Origin: Candidatus Heimdallarchaeum aukensis
GTDB lineage: Archaea; Asgardarchaeota; Heimdallarchaeia; Heimdallarchaeales; Heimdallarchaeaceae
DNA: 64,000 bases
Direction of reading: 5' to 3'
Assembly (NCBI GenBank): GCA_021513695.1
Contig: CP084166.1
Coordinates: 2,048,001-2,112,000 of the forward strand
This document shows positions 20,096 to 29,617 of the stretch, one piece after another. Within the stretch, counting starts at the first letter, position 1, and the number at the start of each line of letters is the position of its first letter. The notes beneath the pieces are model-generated. The model did no database searches. It worked only from the letters and a program-made list of their open reading frames with translations, and was not told where the DNA came from. A program made the translations under genes and the position numbers.

Positions 20096-21080
20096 ATCTT
20101 TATATATTTCCTTTTCCTTTTTTCTTTATGGTTGCTTTTTCTCCTACTTTTTCTGTTATCGATTCTTTCTCTTTTCTTCACGACCCTCAATTTGTTTTTT
20201 TACTTCAGACTTTTATTGATTCTTCCCCTGACTTTTTTTCGTTTCTTTCTCTTCTTTCTTCCTCTTCTCCCTCTTCTCTTTCTTCTTTTGTAAGGGACAT
20301 TTTTTTACTTATTTCTTTTGATGATCCTTTTTCTCTTTCTTCTTCCTCTTTTCATTTTTTTGATTCTCATTTTAATTGGAAATCTTTTCTTTCCTTTTTC
20401 CTTGATTCTTTTTCTTCCCGTAAATTTTCTCTTTGCAATTTTTCTTTATTTTATGCTCATTTTTCTTTTTTGCATTTTTCTATTCCTAATTTTTTATCTG
20501 ATTTTGCATTCTTTTTTTTATCTGATTTAGATTTTAATTTTTTATCTTCTTCCTTTTTCAGTTCTTTTTTCTCTTTTGAATCTTTTTATGATTTTTTCTT
20601 TTCTTATTTTGATTCTTTTTTACCTTCCTATCGTCTCCTTATGCGTCATCGTTTTAATTCTTCTCCTAACCATTTTTTTCCTCCTTTTCTTCCATTCCTT
20701 CGTTCTGAAGAGGTTAGCTCTTATTTTAAGTCCTTTCTGTATATTTGTGGCTTTGATAAATCTGTTTTCGGTTTTGGTTCTTCTCGTGCTAAGGTTGATC
20801 CTCGTCAATTTGCTGAGTCTTTTCAAACTTCTTGGATTAAATTGCACTTTCATTTAGACAAAATGCGTTTTCCTTTTACTCTTTCTTCTACTCGTGTTCT
20901 TTCTCTTTATCATCCTGGTCGTTATGTTTCTTCTGTTAATCCAAGTAATGGTTTTGACGATCTAATTGTTTTTTCTTCCTCCTCTTCCATTCCATCCTCT
21001 CTTTCCTCTTCTCCTTCTTCTCTTTCTTCCTTTTCTTCTCCCGTTTCTCCCTGCTTTACTATTTGTGTTATTGAGCAAAA
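20096..21080 (+). other. About 1-kb polypyrimidine (C+T) tract on + strand
   Basis: Plus strand is overwhelmingly T/C with only scattered purines. Open in several frames on both strands because stop codons need purines (or T on the complement). Confidence 0.8.
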
Positions 21081-21081
21081 A

Positions 21082-22881
21082 ATGAACCATTTAGACGTTA
21101 AGCGTTTAGATAGTCCTTCTTCCTCTTCCGATTTTACGCGTTATCTCTCTTACCTTGCTAAAACCCACTTAAATCCCTTTATTCTTCTTTTACAAGCGTT
21201 TCATTATCCTGAAAAAGATAGACTTAAATTGTCCTCTCTATTGTATGATCGCTCTTTAACTTATTCTAACTCTGTTGGATTAGACTTTTTACGTAAAATC
21301 ACGAATGGTGATTTTCTATCTTCTCTTAAACTAATTGAACCTTCTTTAGATGATCAAACTATCAATAATATTCTTCGGGGTTCTATTATCCAGCACCAGC
21401 TTATTTCTTTGATTAAGTCTGGTTTTTGTTTTAAATTGGCTTTTGTTGATGGTTATTATACCGTTAAAAAGAGGTATCCTGGTGACCTGGTCTCTTCTGT
21501 TATATGTTATTATAATTGTTTAAATGGTTCTTGCGTTGAAATCCATTTTCCTTCGTCGCTATTTGAAATAAGAATAGATTCTAGGGGTCATTTTCTTGTA
21601 CCTCAGTACTCTGAATCTCAGATTTCTTCATATGCAAAGACAGAAAACGAGCTTATGGCTTATCAGGAACTCAACAATCTATTTAACACTTTACGGAGCG
21701 ATATGATTTTTAATGTAAATATTTTGTCTCTCCCTCCTTTTGAAATTGTAAAAAAAGTTAATTTATATCAAAAAAAGATTCTCTTTTTTTTACTTAATTC
21801 TAGACGAATTGCTGATTTAAGTATCTTTAACGATGGTTTTGTTAAATCTTATTTGGAAATTTTTACTTTACCAAAAACAGCTCATCGGATCAAGAGATAC
21901 TTATCCTATATACACGATTCACTTTCAATTTTTCCCTATTCGTTTTATCAGCAGTGGAATGCTCCTTTTGGCGATAGACTAAAAAACATGTTCTCTGGTT
22001 CTTTTAGTCGTGATACCCTTCTTTGTAAGCGTTTTAAAGAAAAGCTTCTTGAGTTTATTTTATCCTCTGATTATGATTTTTCCGAAATGCCTTTAGAATT
22101 TATTGAAACTAAGTTACGTCATTCACCTGATATTCAAATTTTTTTAGATTGCTATTTTAGTCAGTTTGCTCTTTATCCTGACGGTAATTTTTTACGGTTT
22201 AAACATAATAAAATTTCTTTGAAAGCTCTTGCTTTTTGGGATGAGACCAACAATCAATGGTTTTCGCTTAACAAGAAGCGTTTTTACATTTTATTGAACT
22301 TTGAAGATATTTTAGCTAATATAAGTAAGGAAGTGTCTTTTAAAGTAACAAAAAATCTTTTGCTTTTTCCTATTAAATTTAGTTTAAATAAACGCACAGG
22401 GCAGTTATCAGCTCTATTTAATACTGATTTTACTAACACTGAAGTAAACAGAATTTGGGTTGCATATCTTAAAAAATTGAAAGGAATGGATCTTTCCTTT
22501 GAGATTTTGTCCTCTTTTTCTTATGGTCAACGAAATAAGCGGAGTGGAATTGATTTATTCTATAACTGTAACCAAAAAAAGCTTTCAATATTGTTGGCAA
22601 TATTATCAGAAACTATTAAGTTGTGGAGTTTGGTTAAAGAACTTGTCCTTAACGTTGTTTATAAAAAATTAGATTCTGAAATGGATAAAATTATCTTATC
22701 TACCAAAGGAGATAAAATTGTTCTCAATGGCAAGCAATACAAAATGGTCTTACTCAATTACAATGAAAGTAATTCAAGGGTTAGGTGGTCGTTTAAACAC
22801 TACCTATTTCCTGTTGAAGGAACAATTATTGATGATTTTGTTAAAAAATGTTATTCTATTTATACTGATTTATTTTCTTAG
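21082..22881 (+). CDS. Hypothetical protein of the tRNA-Leu-inserted element (conservative start; in-frame extension to ATG 20128 would add an S/F/L-rich low-complexity N-terminus)
   Basis: Normal-complexity ORF (MNHLDVKRLDSP...) ending exactly at the right repeat. No integrase/recombinase motifs seen. Confidence 0.55.
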   Translation: MNHLDVKRLDSPSSSSDFTRYLSYLAKTHLNPFILLLQAFHYPEKDRLKLSSLLYDRSLTYSNSVGLDFLRKITNGDFLSSLKLIEPSLDDQTINNILRGSIIQHQLISLIKSGFCFKLAFVDGYYTVKKRYPGDLVSSVICYYNCLNGSCVEIHFPSSLFEIRIDSRGHFLVPQYSESQISSYAKTENELMAYQELNNLFNTLRSDMIFNVNILSLPPFEIVKKVNLYQKKILFFLLNSRRIADLSIFNDGFVKSYLEIFTLPKTAHRIKRYLSYIHDSLSIFPYSFYQQWNAPFGDRLKNMFSGSFSRDTLLCKRFKEKLLEFILSSDYDFSEMPLEFIETKLRHSPDIQIFLDCYFSQFALYPDGNFLRFKHNKISLKALAFWDETNNQWFSLNKKRFYILLNFEDILANISKEVSFKVTKNLLLFPIKFSLNKRTGQLSALFNTDFTNTEVNRIWVAYLKKLKGMDLSFEILSSFSYGQRNKRSGIDLFYNCNQKKLSILLAILSETIKLWSLVKELVLNVVYKKLDSEMDKIILSTKGDKIVLNGKQYKMVLLNYNESNSRVRWSFKHYLFPVEGTIIDDFVKKCYSIYTDLFS

Positions 22882-22886
22882 GCTTG

Positions 22887-22925
22887 GAGAGTTCGAATCT
22901 CTCTCCCCGCACCATTTCTTCTTTT
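22887..22925. repeat. 39-bp direct repeat, copy 2 (attR-like)
   Basis: Identical to tRNA-Leu 3' portion plus 11 nt. Confidence 0.85.
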
Positions 22926-22967
22926 CTTTTGTTTTCTTTTTCGTTTTGTTTCGTTTTGTTTATTTTT

Positions 22968-23009
22968 TGATAGTGATAGTGATAGTTACACCTTTTTTGA
23001 TAGTGATAG
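22968..23009. repeat. TGATAG hexamer array (3 + 2 tandem copies, each preceded by TTTTT)
   Basis: ttttttgatagtgatagtgatag ... ttttttgatagtgatag, immediately after the element right repeat. Confidence 0.8.
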
Positions 23010-23012
23010 ACT

Positions 23013-23708
23013 TTATTTTTCTCTTATTGTTCCGTAAATTCTCATATATCTTGGTTTTATTTTTTTTCTTTTGATGTATCTTTTTATTATCGTCACATCT
23101 ACTATTATTTTTACTCCTATCATTATCATCAATATTGTTTCTATTGTTCCATTGAATACCAGTAGATAAATTAGGAATTCTTCATCTCCTGCTGCATTAG
23201 CTATTGAAGCTATTACTGAAACAATTATTGAATAGAATCCGAATATTTGGTATAATATACTTCCCACTTTAATATCTGTTATTTTTTTTATTCTTGTTAG
23301 CATTAGATCTATTTTTCTGAATCCTATTGCTCTTGACGCTAGACTTATTAGAATCGCAAAGCTTCCGAAAACCACACTTCCTATAGTGAATGGTTTTAAT
23401 ATTTCTCCTATTGCATAAATCAACAAATATGTTCTTCCTTGCATTCCTTCCTTTCTGACGTGGTCTTTAAAGTATAGGTCTGCTATTCCTCCGAAGCTTA
23501 ATGCTATTGGTATTAAGCTTAGAGCTATTACTGCAGCAAAAATATAATCAAAAAACCAATTTACTGCTCTTAAGTATTGTATTGTCCTGTTCGACAGATT
23601 TATTGCTGCTGCTATTGTAAACAAAATGCTTCCCGTTATTGCTAAAAAAGAAAATTTGTTTATTTCTGTGTTAAATATTTTCTTCTGCTTTTCTTCGTTT
23701 GAGACCAT
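23013..23708 (-). CDS. Hypothetical membrane protein, paralog of 27285-27950
   Basis: 231 aa multi-TM. Shared blocks with the 27285 protein (..GFG..F...F......R.EG, basic KRK-rich C-terminal tail). Confidence 0.6.
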   Translation of the reverse strand: MVSNEEKQKKIFNTEINKFSFLAITGSILFTIAAAINLSNRTIQYLRAVNWFFDYIFAAVIALSLIPIALSFGGIADLYFKDHVRKEGMQGRTYLLIYAIGEILKPFTIGSVVFGSFAILISLASRAIGFRKIDLMLTRIKKITDIKVGSILYQIFGFYSIIVSVIASIANAAGDEEFLIYLLVFNGTIETILMIMIGVKIIVDVTIIKRYIKRKKIKPRYMRIYGTIREK

Positions 23709-23723
23709 GCTTAAACCCTTTTT

Positions 23724-24593
23724 TTATACTTCTGATGCTAAGAGAAAGTCTGCTTCCTTTGCGTTAAATGAGCTTCTCACAAACGGAGCTGAAGCTACGA
23801 ACTTAAATCCCAGCTCATAACCTATTTTTTCATATTCCTTAAAAGTATCTGGGTGAACGTATTCTTCTATTTCTAAGTTTGAGCTTGGTGGTTTCAGATA
23901 TTGTCCTATAGTTAATATGTCACAATCTACTTTTCTTAAATCCTTTAATACTTGTATTACTTCTTCTTTTGTTTCTCCTAGTCCAACCATTATTCCTGAT
24001 TTAGTTAATATTTCCTTACTATATTCTTTGACCATCTTCAGTACTTTTAATGATATTTCATAATTTGCTTGTGGTGTGACTTTTTTATATAATCTTGGTA
24101 CTACCTCTACATTGTGATTAATTATGTTTGGTTTTGCTTCTATTATTGTTTTAATGCTCTCCTCTTTTCCTTTCATGTCAGGTATAAGTAGTTCTATTAT
24201 CAAATCTTCTTTATATTCTCTTAATTTTCTTGTTATTTCGGCGAAATGTGCAGCTCCTCCATCTGGTAAATCATCTCTTGTTACTGATGTGACTACTACG
24301 TGCTCTAAATTTAGTTTTTTAGCTGCTTCAACAATATGTTTTGGTTCCATGGGATCTAGTGGTTGTGGTCTTCCTGTTGTAATATCGCAAAATTTACAAT
24401 TTCTTGTACAGACATTTCCCATCACTAGAAATGTTGCAGTTTTATTTACAAAGCATTTTCCTATATTTGGGCACATTGATTCTTCGCATACTGTATGTAG
24501 ATGCAGTTCTCTCATAAGTTTTTGAACTTGTTTTATCTCTTCCCTCTGCACCTTCCCAATTCTTAACCATTCTGGCTTTCTTACATTTGGCAT
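23724..24593 (-). CDS. lipA: Lipoyl synthase
   Basis: Radical-SAM CTRNCKFC plus N-terminal auxiliary cluster cysteines (CEESMCPNIGKC). Confidence 0.9.
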   Translation of the reverse strand: MPNVRKPEWLRIGKVQREEIKQVQKLMRELHLHTVCEESMCPNIGKCFVNKTATFLVMGNVCTRNCKFCDITTGRPQPLDPMEPKHIVEAAKKLNLEHVVVTSVTRDDLPDGGAAHFAEITRKLREYKEDLIIELLIPDMKGKEESIKTIIEAKPNIINHNVEVVPRLYKKVTPQANYEISLKVLKMVKEYSKEILTKSGIMVGLGETKEEVIQVLKDLRKVDCDILTIGQYLKPPSSNLEIEEYVHPDTFKEYEKIGYELGFKFVASAPFVRSSFNAKEADFLLASEV

Positions 24594-24617
24594 TATTACT
24601 CACTTTTCTTTATTGTT

Positions 24618-25349
24618 TTATTGTTTTTCTATTTCTCTTTCTCTTTCTTTTTTTTCTATTTTTGTCAATAAATCTCTTGGTGAAAGATCCTTAATTTCTA
24701 TGTTAAATACTTTAGTAAAATTGTTTTTAAATTTCTCATACACTTCACGCATATCAACGCTTCTATTTAGAACTTCCTCGAGTGATATGGGTATAAAATC
24801 TGTTATTCCGCATGGAATTATCATTTGAAAATGACTCATATTTGTATTTACATTCAGTGCTAATCCGTGTGATGTTATATGCTTTGATGCTCTCGCTCCG
24901 ACAGCAGCTATTTTGGATATTTGACCATTATGTTCTATCCACACTCCAGGATATTCTTCTCTTCTGAAACCTTTTATGTTGTATTCCATTATCGTTTGAA
25001 TTACTACTTCTTCCATTTTGTGAACGAACTCGGGTATAGTGATTTTCAATTGTATTAAATCTAATAAAAAGTAAGCTACTAATTGTCCTGGGCCGTGATA
25101 TGTTACTTTTCCACCTCTTCTAATTTCAACAACTTCAATTCCTTCTTTTTCCAACACCTCATCACTAACAAGAATTTCACTTCTCTTTCCTTGTTTCCCT
25201 AAAGTAAAAACTGGTGGATCATGTTGTAACAATAACAGAAAATTGTCGTATTGTCTATCTTCCTCTTTTATGTTTCTTATTTTATTCTGTATCTCTAATG
25301 CGCTTAAATAATCGATAGTATCGTATTTTATAACAAAACATTCACTCAT
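24618..25349 (-). CDS. lipB: Octanoyltransferase (lipoyl(octanoyl) transferase)
   Basis: RGGKVTYHGPGQLVAY signature of LipB. Confidence 0.85.
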   Translation of the reverse strand: MSECFVIKYDTIDYLSALEIQNKIRNIKEEDRQYDNFLLLLQHDPPVFTLGKQGKRSEILVSDEVLEKEGIEVVEIRRGGKVTYHGPGQLVAYFLLDLIQLKITIPEFVHKMEEVVIQTIMEYNIKGFRREEYPGVWIEHNGQISKIAAVGARASKHITSHGLALNVNTNMSHFQMIIPCGITDFIPISLEEVLNRSVDMREVYEKFKNNFTKVFNIEIKDLSPRDLLTKIEKKEREREIEKQ

Positions 25350-25519
25350 TAAGTTATTTTTTTCTTATTCTTTTTACAGATTTCGATTGGACGATACCCC
25401 TAATATTTGTGATTAAAACTCTCTTTCTTTTATTTTTGTCCTTTTTTAAAGAAACACTAAATTCAAAAACTTGAAAAAGGTACTAATCAACGCTCCTATG
25501 AGATAAAAAGGTGAACTCA

Positions 25520-25786
25520 ATGAGCGTAAAAGTTTACAAAATTACTGGACATTATAAGAAGGGCAAACAAAGGATAAAATTCAGCAAGTTTGTTCGTGCG
25601 TTAAATCCACAAGATGCTTTGGAAAATATTTATGCAATTATGGGTAGTAAACATCACGTAAAGAGAACTGAGATCGTTCTTACTGAAGATAGCATTCGTG
25701 AAATTACTGATCCCAATGAAATAACAGATCAGTATGTTCATACATTCACAACTGACGATAACCTAAAAATCCCAAAAAAGGCTTAG
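25520..25786 (+). CDS. rplX: 50S ribosomal protein LX (L18Ae/L20A family)
   Basis: Start moved to ATG 25520 (AGGTGA 7 nt upstream). KVYKITGHYKKGKQRIKFSKFVRALNPQDALENIYAIMGSKHHVKRTEIVL fits the archaeal LX pattern. Conserved LX-pfdA-ftsY neighbourhood. Confidence 0.75.
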   Translation: MSVKVYKITGHYKKGKQRIKFSKFVRALNPQDALENIYAIMGSKHHVKRTEIVLTEDSIREITDPNEITDQYVHTFTTDDNLKIPKKA

Positions 25787-25787
25787 T

Positions 25788-26225
25788 GTGATAAGATTGG
25801 CAAGTAATAAACCCCAAATTGGCCAGGAAGAATTAAGTAAGTTACTTTATTCTGCTCAACAACTAGAGCAACAAGCTGGTCAATATCAGAAACAGCTAGA
25901 GGTCTTTCAAAGTTATTTAGCTGATATGAATAATGCTGAAAAAGCAATGAAAGAGCTCAAGAATATCTCTGATGAAAAAAATATTCTCGTTCCAATAGGT
26001 GCAGGTAATTTCATTCATGCATCAGTAAAGAAAACAGAGAAAGTTATTTCCTCTTTAGGTGCAGGAGTACATGCAGAGATACCAATCGACCAGGCATTAG
26101 CTAACATAGAAAAAAGAAAAACTGATGTAAACAATCAAATCTCACAAGTACAGGCAAATTATAACCAAGTAATTGAGAGACTAAAAGAAATCGATTCTTT
26201 TGTTAGAATGATACAACAAGGATAA
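25788..26225 (+). CDS. pfdA: Prefoldin alpha subunit
   Basis: Coiled coil - beta hairpins (ILVPIGAGNFIHASV, VISSLGAGVHAEIP) - coiled coil; position between rplX and ftsY. Confidence 0.8.
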   Translation: MIRLASNKPQIGQEELSKLLYSAQQLEQQAGQYQKQLEVFQSYLADMNNAEKAMKELKNISDEKNILVPIGAGNFIHASVKKTEKVISSLGAGVHAEIPIDQALANIEKRKTDVNNQISQVQANYNQVIERLKEIDSFVRMIQQG

Positions 26226-26248
26226 TCTTTCTTTACGGGGGAATTTTT

Positions 26249-27163
26249 TTGTTCAAAAATATGAAAAAAAGCCTTTCTTCTCTTTTGAAGAAGATCACTA
26301 TTGCCGAACTTAACCAAAAGACTATAAAAAAGGTAATTCACCCCCTTAAGGACATACTAATACAAAATGAAGTAGCGGTGGTAACAGCTGATAAAATTTG
26401 TGAAAGTGTTTCAGATAAGTTACTAAATGTTGAGTATAAACGTATGTCTTCTCCAAAAAGCCTTATCCTAGAAGCTTTACGCTCTTCATTATTAGAAATT
26501 TTACAACCAGAAGAGACAATTGATTTATTGAGTTTAGTAGAAGAATATAAAAAGAAAAAACAGCCTTTAGTCATTGCCTTCTTTGGAATAAATGGCGTTG
26601 GTAAAACTCTTTCAATAGCTAAATTAGGCTATTACTTGAAAAAAAATGACATTTCTTCTGTTTTTGCTGCGTCAGATACCTTTAGAGCTGGAAGTATACA
26701 ACAATTGGAGCAACATGCAAAAAAAGTAGGGGTAAAAATTATTTCTCAAACATATGGTTCTGATGCTGCAGCAGTAGCTTTTGATGCAGTATCACATGCT
26801 TCAGCTAAAGGAATTGATGTAGTTCTAATTGATACGGCAGGAAGGATGGAAACAAATAAGAACTTAATGGCTGAATTACAGAAATTAGATAGAGTTGTTG
26901 AACCTGATTTGAAGATTTTTGTAGGTGATGCTTTAACAGGTAATTCTTTAGTATCTCAAGCAGAATTATTTAATAGTAAGATAGGTATTGATGCTTCAAT
27001 TATTAATAAGATGGATGCAGATGTTAAAGGAGGAGCAACAATCTCTGTTGTGCATGCTACAAGGAAACCAATTTTATTTATAGGCGTAGGACAAAAATAT
27101 AATGACTTAAAACCATTTATTCCTGAACAAATAATCAAGAATGTTCTTCCAGATAAAATTTGA
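26249..27163 (+). CDS. ftsY: Signal recognition particle receptor FtsY
   Basis: SRP GTPase NG domain: GINGVGKTLSIAKL, DTFRAGSIQQL, LIDTAGR, INKMDADVKGG. Confidence 0.9.
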   Translation: MFKNMKKSLSSLLKKITIAELNQKTIKKVIHPLKDILIQNEVAVVTADKICESVSDKLLNVEYKRMSSPKSLILEALRSSLLEILQPEETIDLLSLVEEYKKKKQPLVIAFFGINGVGKTLSIAKLGYYLKKNDISSVFAASDTFRAGSIQQLEQHAKKVGVKIISQTYGSDAAAVAFDAVSHASAKGIDVVLIDTAGRMETNKNLMAELQKLDRVVEPDLKIFVGDALTGNSLVSQAELFNSKIGIDASIINKMDADVKGGATISVVHATRKPILFIGVGQKYNDLKPFIPEQIIKNVLPDKI

Positions 27164-27284
27164 ATTGAACCTTTTCACCTTTTACACTTGGAGTTCTATA
27201 GATAACTTGATTATTCACTATCGTAATGTTTAAAGAACTGATTTTTTGTTTGAAAACTACTAACGATAAGGTTTGTGAATTAAA

Positions 27285-27950
27285 TTGGACGTTTCTCACG
27301 AAGCATTACTACCGTTAAAAATAGAATATCATTTTAAGGAAACATTCATTTGGAGCTTTTCAGGTGTAATTTTGTTATTGCTTTCTTCATTATTCAACAT
27401 CATAGACCTTTTAGTTACAAGATGGGCTTATGTCGGATGGTTCCGACAATACCTAATAAGATCAACGATGTCTATTAGCTTTCTTCCCCTTGCAATAGGT
27501 TTTGGGATGATTTTTTCTAACTTTTTTGTAGGTTTTATAAGGCGAGAAGGAGAATTAGCAAAAAATTGGCTGATTGTTTATAGTATAGCAGAAATGGTCT
27601 CGCTTTTTACATTAAGTACAATAGTATTAGGTGCGTTTACTCTGCTAGCAATTATTTTCGGTAAATTGATAGCATTTATTTACTTAGACAGAGTTTTTTT
27701 GAAACTTAAAAAAAATGATGAGGTAAAGATAAATTTTAGTTTAATTTATCCGCTTTTTGGCTCCTACAGGATAGTAGTAGCTATAGTTGTAGGAATAGCA
27801 GCAAATGTAAGAGATTATGAAACAGAGCTATATTTGATAGCTGTAAATGCAACACTAGAAGCAATTTTTACCTTTATTATAGGAATAAAGTTGTTAATAG
27901 ACCTACTTAAAATTCGTTCTTATATAAATAGTAAAAGAAAGAAAAAATGA
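27285..27950 (+). CDS. Hypothetical membrane protein, paralog of 23013-23708
   Basis: 221 aa multi-TM, same block order and basic C-tail as the 23013 protein. Confidence 0.6.
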   Translation: MDVSHEALLPLKIEYHFKETFIWSFSGVILLLLSSLFNIIDLLVTRWAYVGWFRQYLIRSTMSISFLPLAIGFGMIFSNFFVGFIRREGELAKNWLIVYSIAEMVSLFTLSTIVLGAFTLLAIIFGKLIAFIYLDRVFLKLKKNDEVKINFSLIYPLFGSYRIVVAIVVGIAANVRDYETELYLIAVNATLEAIFTFIIGIKLLIDLLKIRSYINSKRKKK

Positions 27951-27967
27951 AAAATAAAATCTTTGAA

Positions 27968-28936
27968 TCACTCAAATACCTTTTTCACAGGTTCAAAGAT
28001 TTTTGCTAATTCGGTAGCAATAACTTTCTTTAAATCTAGAGGATGAAGATTTCCCTCAACAAAGGTTTTTTCTAATTCTTCATAATTATTGAAAGAAATA
28101 TCTCCGCCAAATTTTTCGGGTCTTTCAACAGTTAATGATTTAATGTTCGGAAAAATAATCAATTTTGCAATCTGAAGAACAGGATTGTCTTCAACGATTT
28201 TAGCAGGACAATATGCCTTCTTAAGTTTGCGTTGAATATCCTCCTTGGAATCTATGACAGATATCATCGATTCTGGGATTGAAGAAGACATCTTTGATCC
28301 TGGGCCCATGAGGGAAGAAATAAGAGGAGTGTGAATACATACGGGAGGTTTTAACTTTAATTCACTAGGGAAAACTTCTCTAGCTAACATGTGAATCTTT
28401 CTTTGCTCCATTCCTCCTTGTGCAGCGTCAAGATCAAGATATTTAATATCTAATACTTGCATAAGTGGATAAATCATCTGAGATACGGTAGCATTTTCAA
28501 TATCTCGAGCAATTTCTTGCATAGATCGTAAACCACGGTTAATAGTTACACGCAAAGCTAGACGGTGTAAGTCTTGAATGTATTCCTTGTCATATTGAAA
28601 CTCGCTACCAAGAACGATTTCAGGATTTTTAAGGCCTAAGGCACGCATAGCTTTTTCCCAGAGAACGCAATTTTCACTTATTTCCTCTTCAGTACCTTTT
28701 TTGTTCAAAAGTGCATGAACGTCAGCTAGTAAAATCTTAATATGAAAACCGGCACTTTCAAGATCTTTTAACTTCATTACAGTAACTGCATGACCAAGAT
28801 GAACAGGACCACTAGGTTCGTAGCCAGTATAAATGTTAGGTGAATCTTTAGTCTCTAAAAGCTCTTTTAATTCCTGTTCAGTAACAATTTCAGTAGTATT
28901 ATACTTAATAAGATCAATTTTTTTTGCAGTGTCCAT
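27968..28936 (-). CDS. tyrS: Tyrosyl-tRNA synthetase, archaeal type
   Basis: HIGH (HLGH) and KMSKS (KMSSS) motifs. Long colinear similarity to M. jannaschii TyrRS (YTGYEPSGPVHLGH, GGMEQRKIHMLARE, RPEKFGGD). Confidence 0.88.
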   Translation of the reverse strand: MDTAKKIDLIKYNTTEIVTEQELKELLETKDSPNIYTGYEPSGPVHLGHAVTVMKLKDLESAGFHIKILLADVHALLNKKGTEEEISENCVLWEKAMRALGLKNPEIVLGSEFQYDKEYIQDLHRLALRVTINRGLRSMQEIARDIENATVSQMIYPLMQVLDIKYLDLDAAQGGMEQRKIHMLAREVFPSELKLKPPVCIHTPLISSLMGPGSKMSSSIPESMISVIDSKEDIQRKLKKAYCPAKIVEDNPVLQIAKLIIFPNIKSLTVERPEKFGGDISFNNYEELEKTFVEGNLHPLDLKKVIATELAKIFEPVKKVFE

Positions 28937-29279
28937 TTAAATCAACAGTTAAAGTGGGTTAAAAACCATTTTACTAAAAATAATAAATACTTGTTGTTTC
29001 TGAGGAGAAAAAGGAAGAGAATTAGAACGAATAGTTCAATAAACTATTTTGATTTACAAATTAGCATCCTGTTTATTCACTTGGACATTAATAACTTTTC
29101 ATTTAATTGATAGTAAACTGGGCGTAGTTAAATATTGATTAGCTTAATTTTTGTAAGACAACTTTGCTCTCAAGGATAGTTAGAAAAAAACCATCTAAAG
29201 AAGAAAAAAAGAATAAAAGCTATTTTTATCTGAAAAAGATTTTTAACAGAAAAAATCAGTATACTACATAGGTGATTAA

Positions 29280-29513
29280 ATGGCAACAGCTTTTATATTA
29301 ATAAATAGTGAAATAGGAGAAGAAAAATCTGTTCTCGAACAACTGCTAGGGATGCCAAATGTGAAAGAAGCTCATGTAGTTTATGGTGTATATGACCTAA
29401 TAGCTAAAATTGAATCGGAAACAATGGATTCTTTAAAAAAGATTGTAACTGATAACTTAAGAGTATTAGAAAATGTTCGCTCAACAATGACTATGATTTG
29501 TGTAGAAAAATAA
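29280..29513 (+). CDS. Stand-alone Lrp/AsnC ligand-binding (RAM) domain protein
   Basis: 77 aa, AFILINSEIGEE...VKEAHVVYGVYDLIAKIESETMDSL, typical RAM fold sequence. Confidence 0.65.
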   Translation: MATAFILINSEIGEEKSVLEQLLGMPNVKEAHVVYGVYDLIAKIESETMDSLKKIVTDNLRVLENVRSTMTMICVEK

Positions 29514-29617
29514 CTAAGATAACAATAATTAGTTAATAAATAACAAAAAAAAAAGAAATTTGTCTCTTTTTTTCCTTTTTTCTTTTTCCCCATCTACTAC
29601 TTTTTGAAATAATTTTT

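Larger units (their letters stand above)
20096..22925. mobile_element. About 2.8-kb tRNA-Leu-integrated element (or remnant) bounded by 39-bp direct repeats; no recognisable integrase
   Basis: Classic tRNA 3'-end duplication. Interior is one large ORF preceded by a about 1-kb polypyrimidine tract. Confidence 0.6.

Noticed and set aside
19978-20127. 5' portion of ORF 19978-22881 overlapping tRNA-Leu
   Set aside because: It overlaps a well-folded tRNA gene on the same strand and lies in a purine-free tract where any frame is open, so it is not credible coding. CDS start moved downstream.
20318-20857. ORFs 20318-20530, 20576-20857 (+) and 20620-20853 (-) inside the polypyrimidine tract
   Set aside because: Products are pure F/L/I or K/R strings, a consequence of the pyrimidine/purine-only composition, not genes.
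20096-22925. Tyrosine/serine integrase inside the tRNA-Leu insertion
   Set aside because: Scanned the ORF for R..HxxR..Y or catalytic Ser motifs and found none. The element is reported as integrase-less rather than with an invented integrase call.
22968-23009. Possible CRISPR array (short tandem repeats)
   Set aside because: Units are 6-bp TGATAG hexamers without spacers, not 24-48-bp repeats with unique spacers. No cas genes in the window.
24124-24525. 133-aa plus-strand ORF
   Set aside because: Antisense to lipoyl synthase, which has unmistakable radical-SAM motifs.
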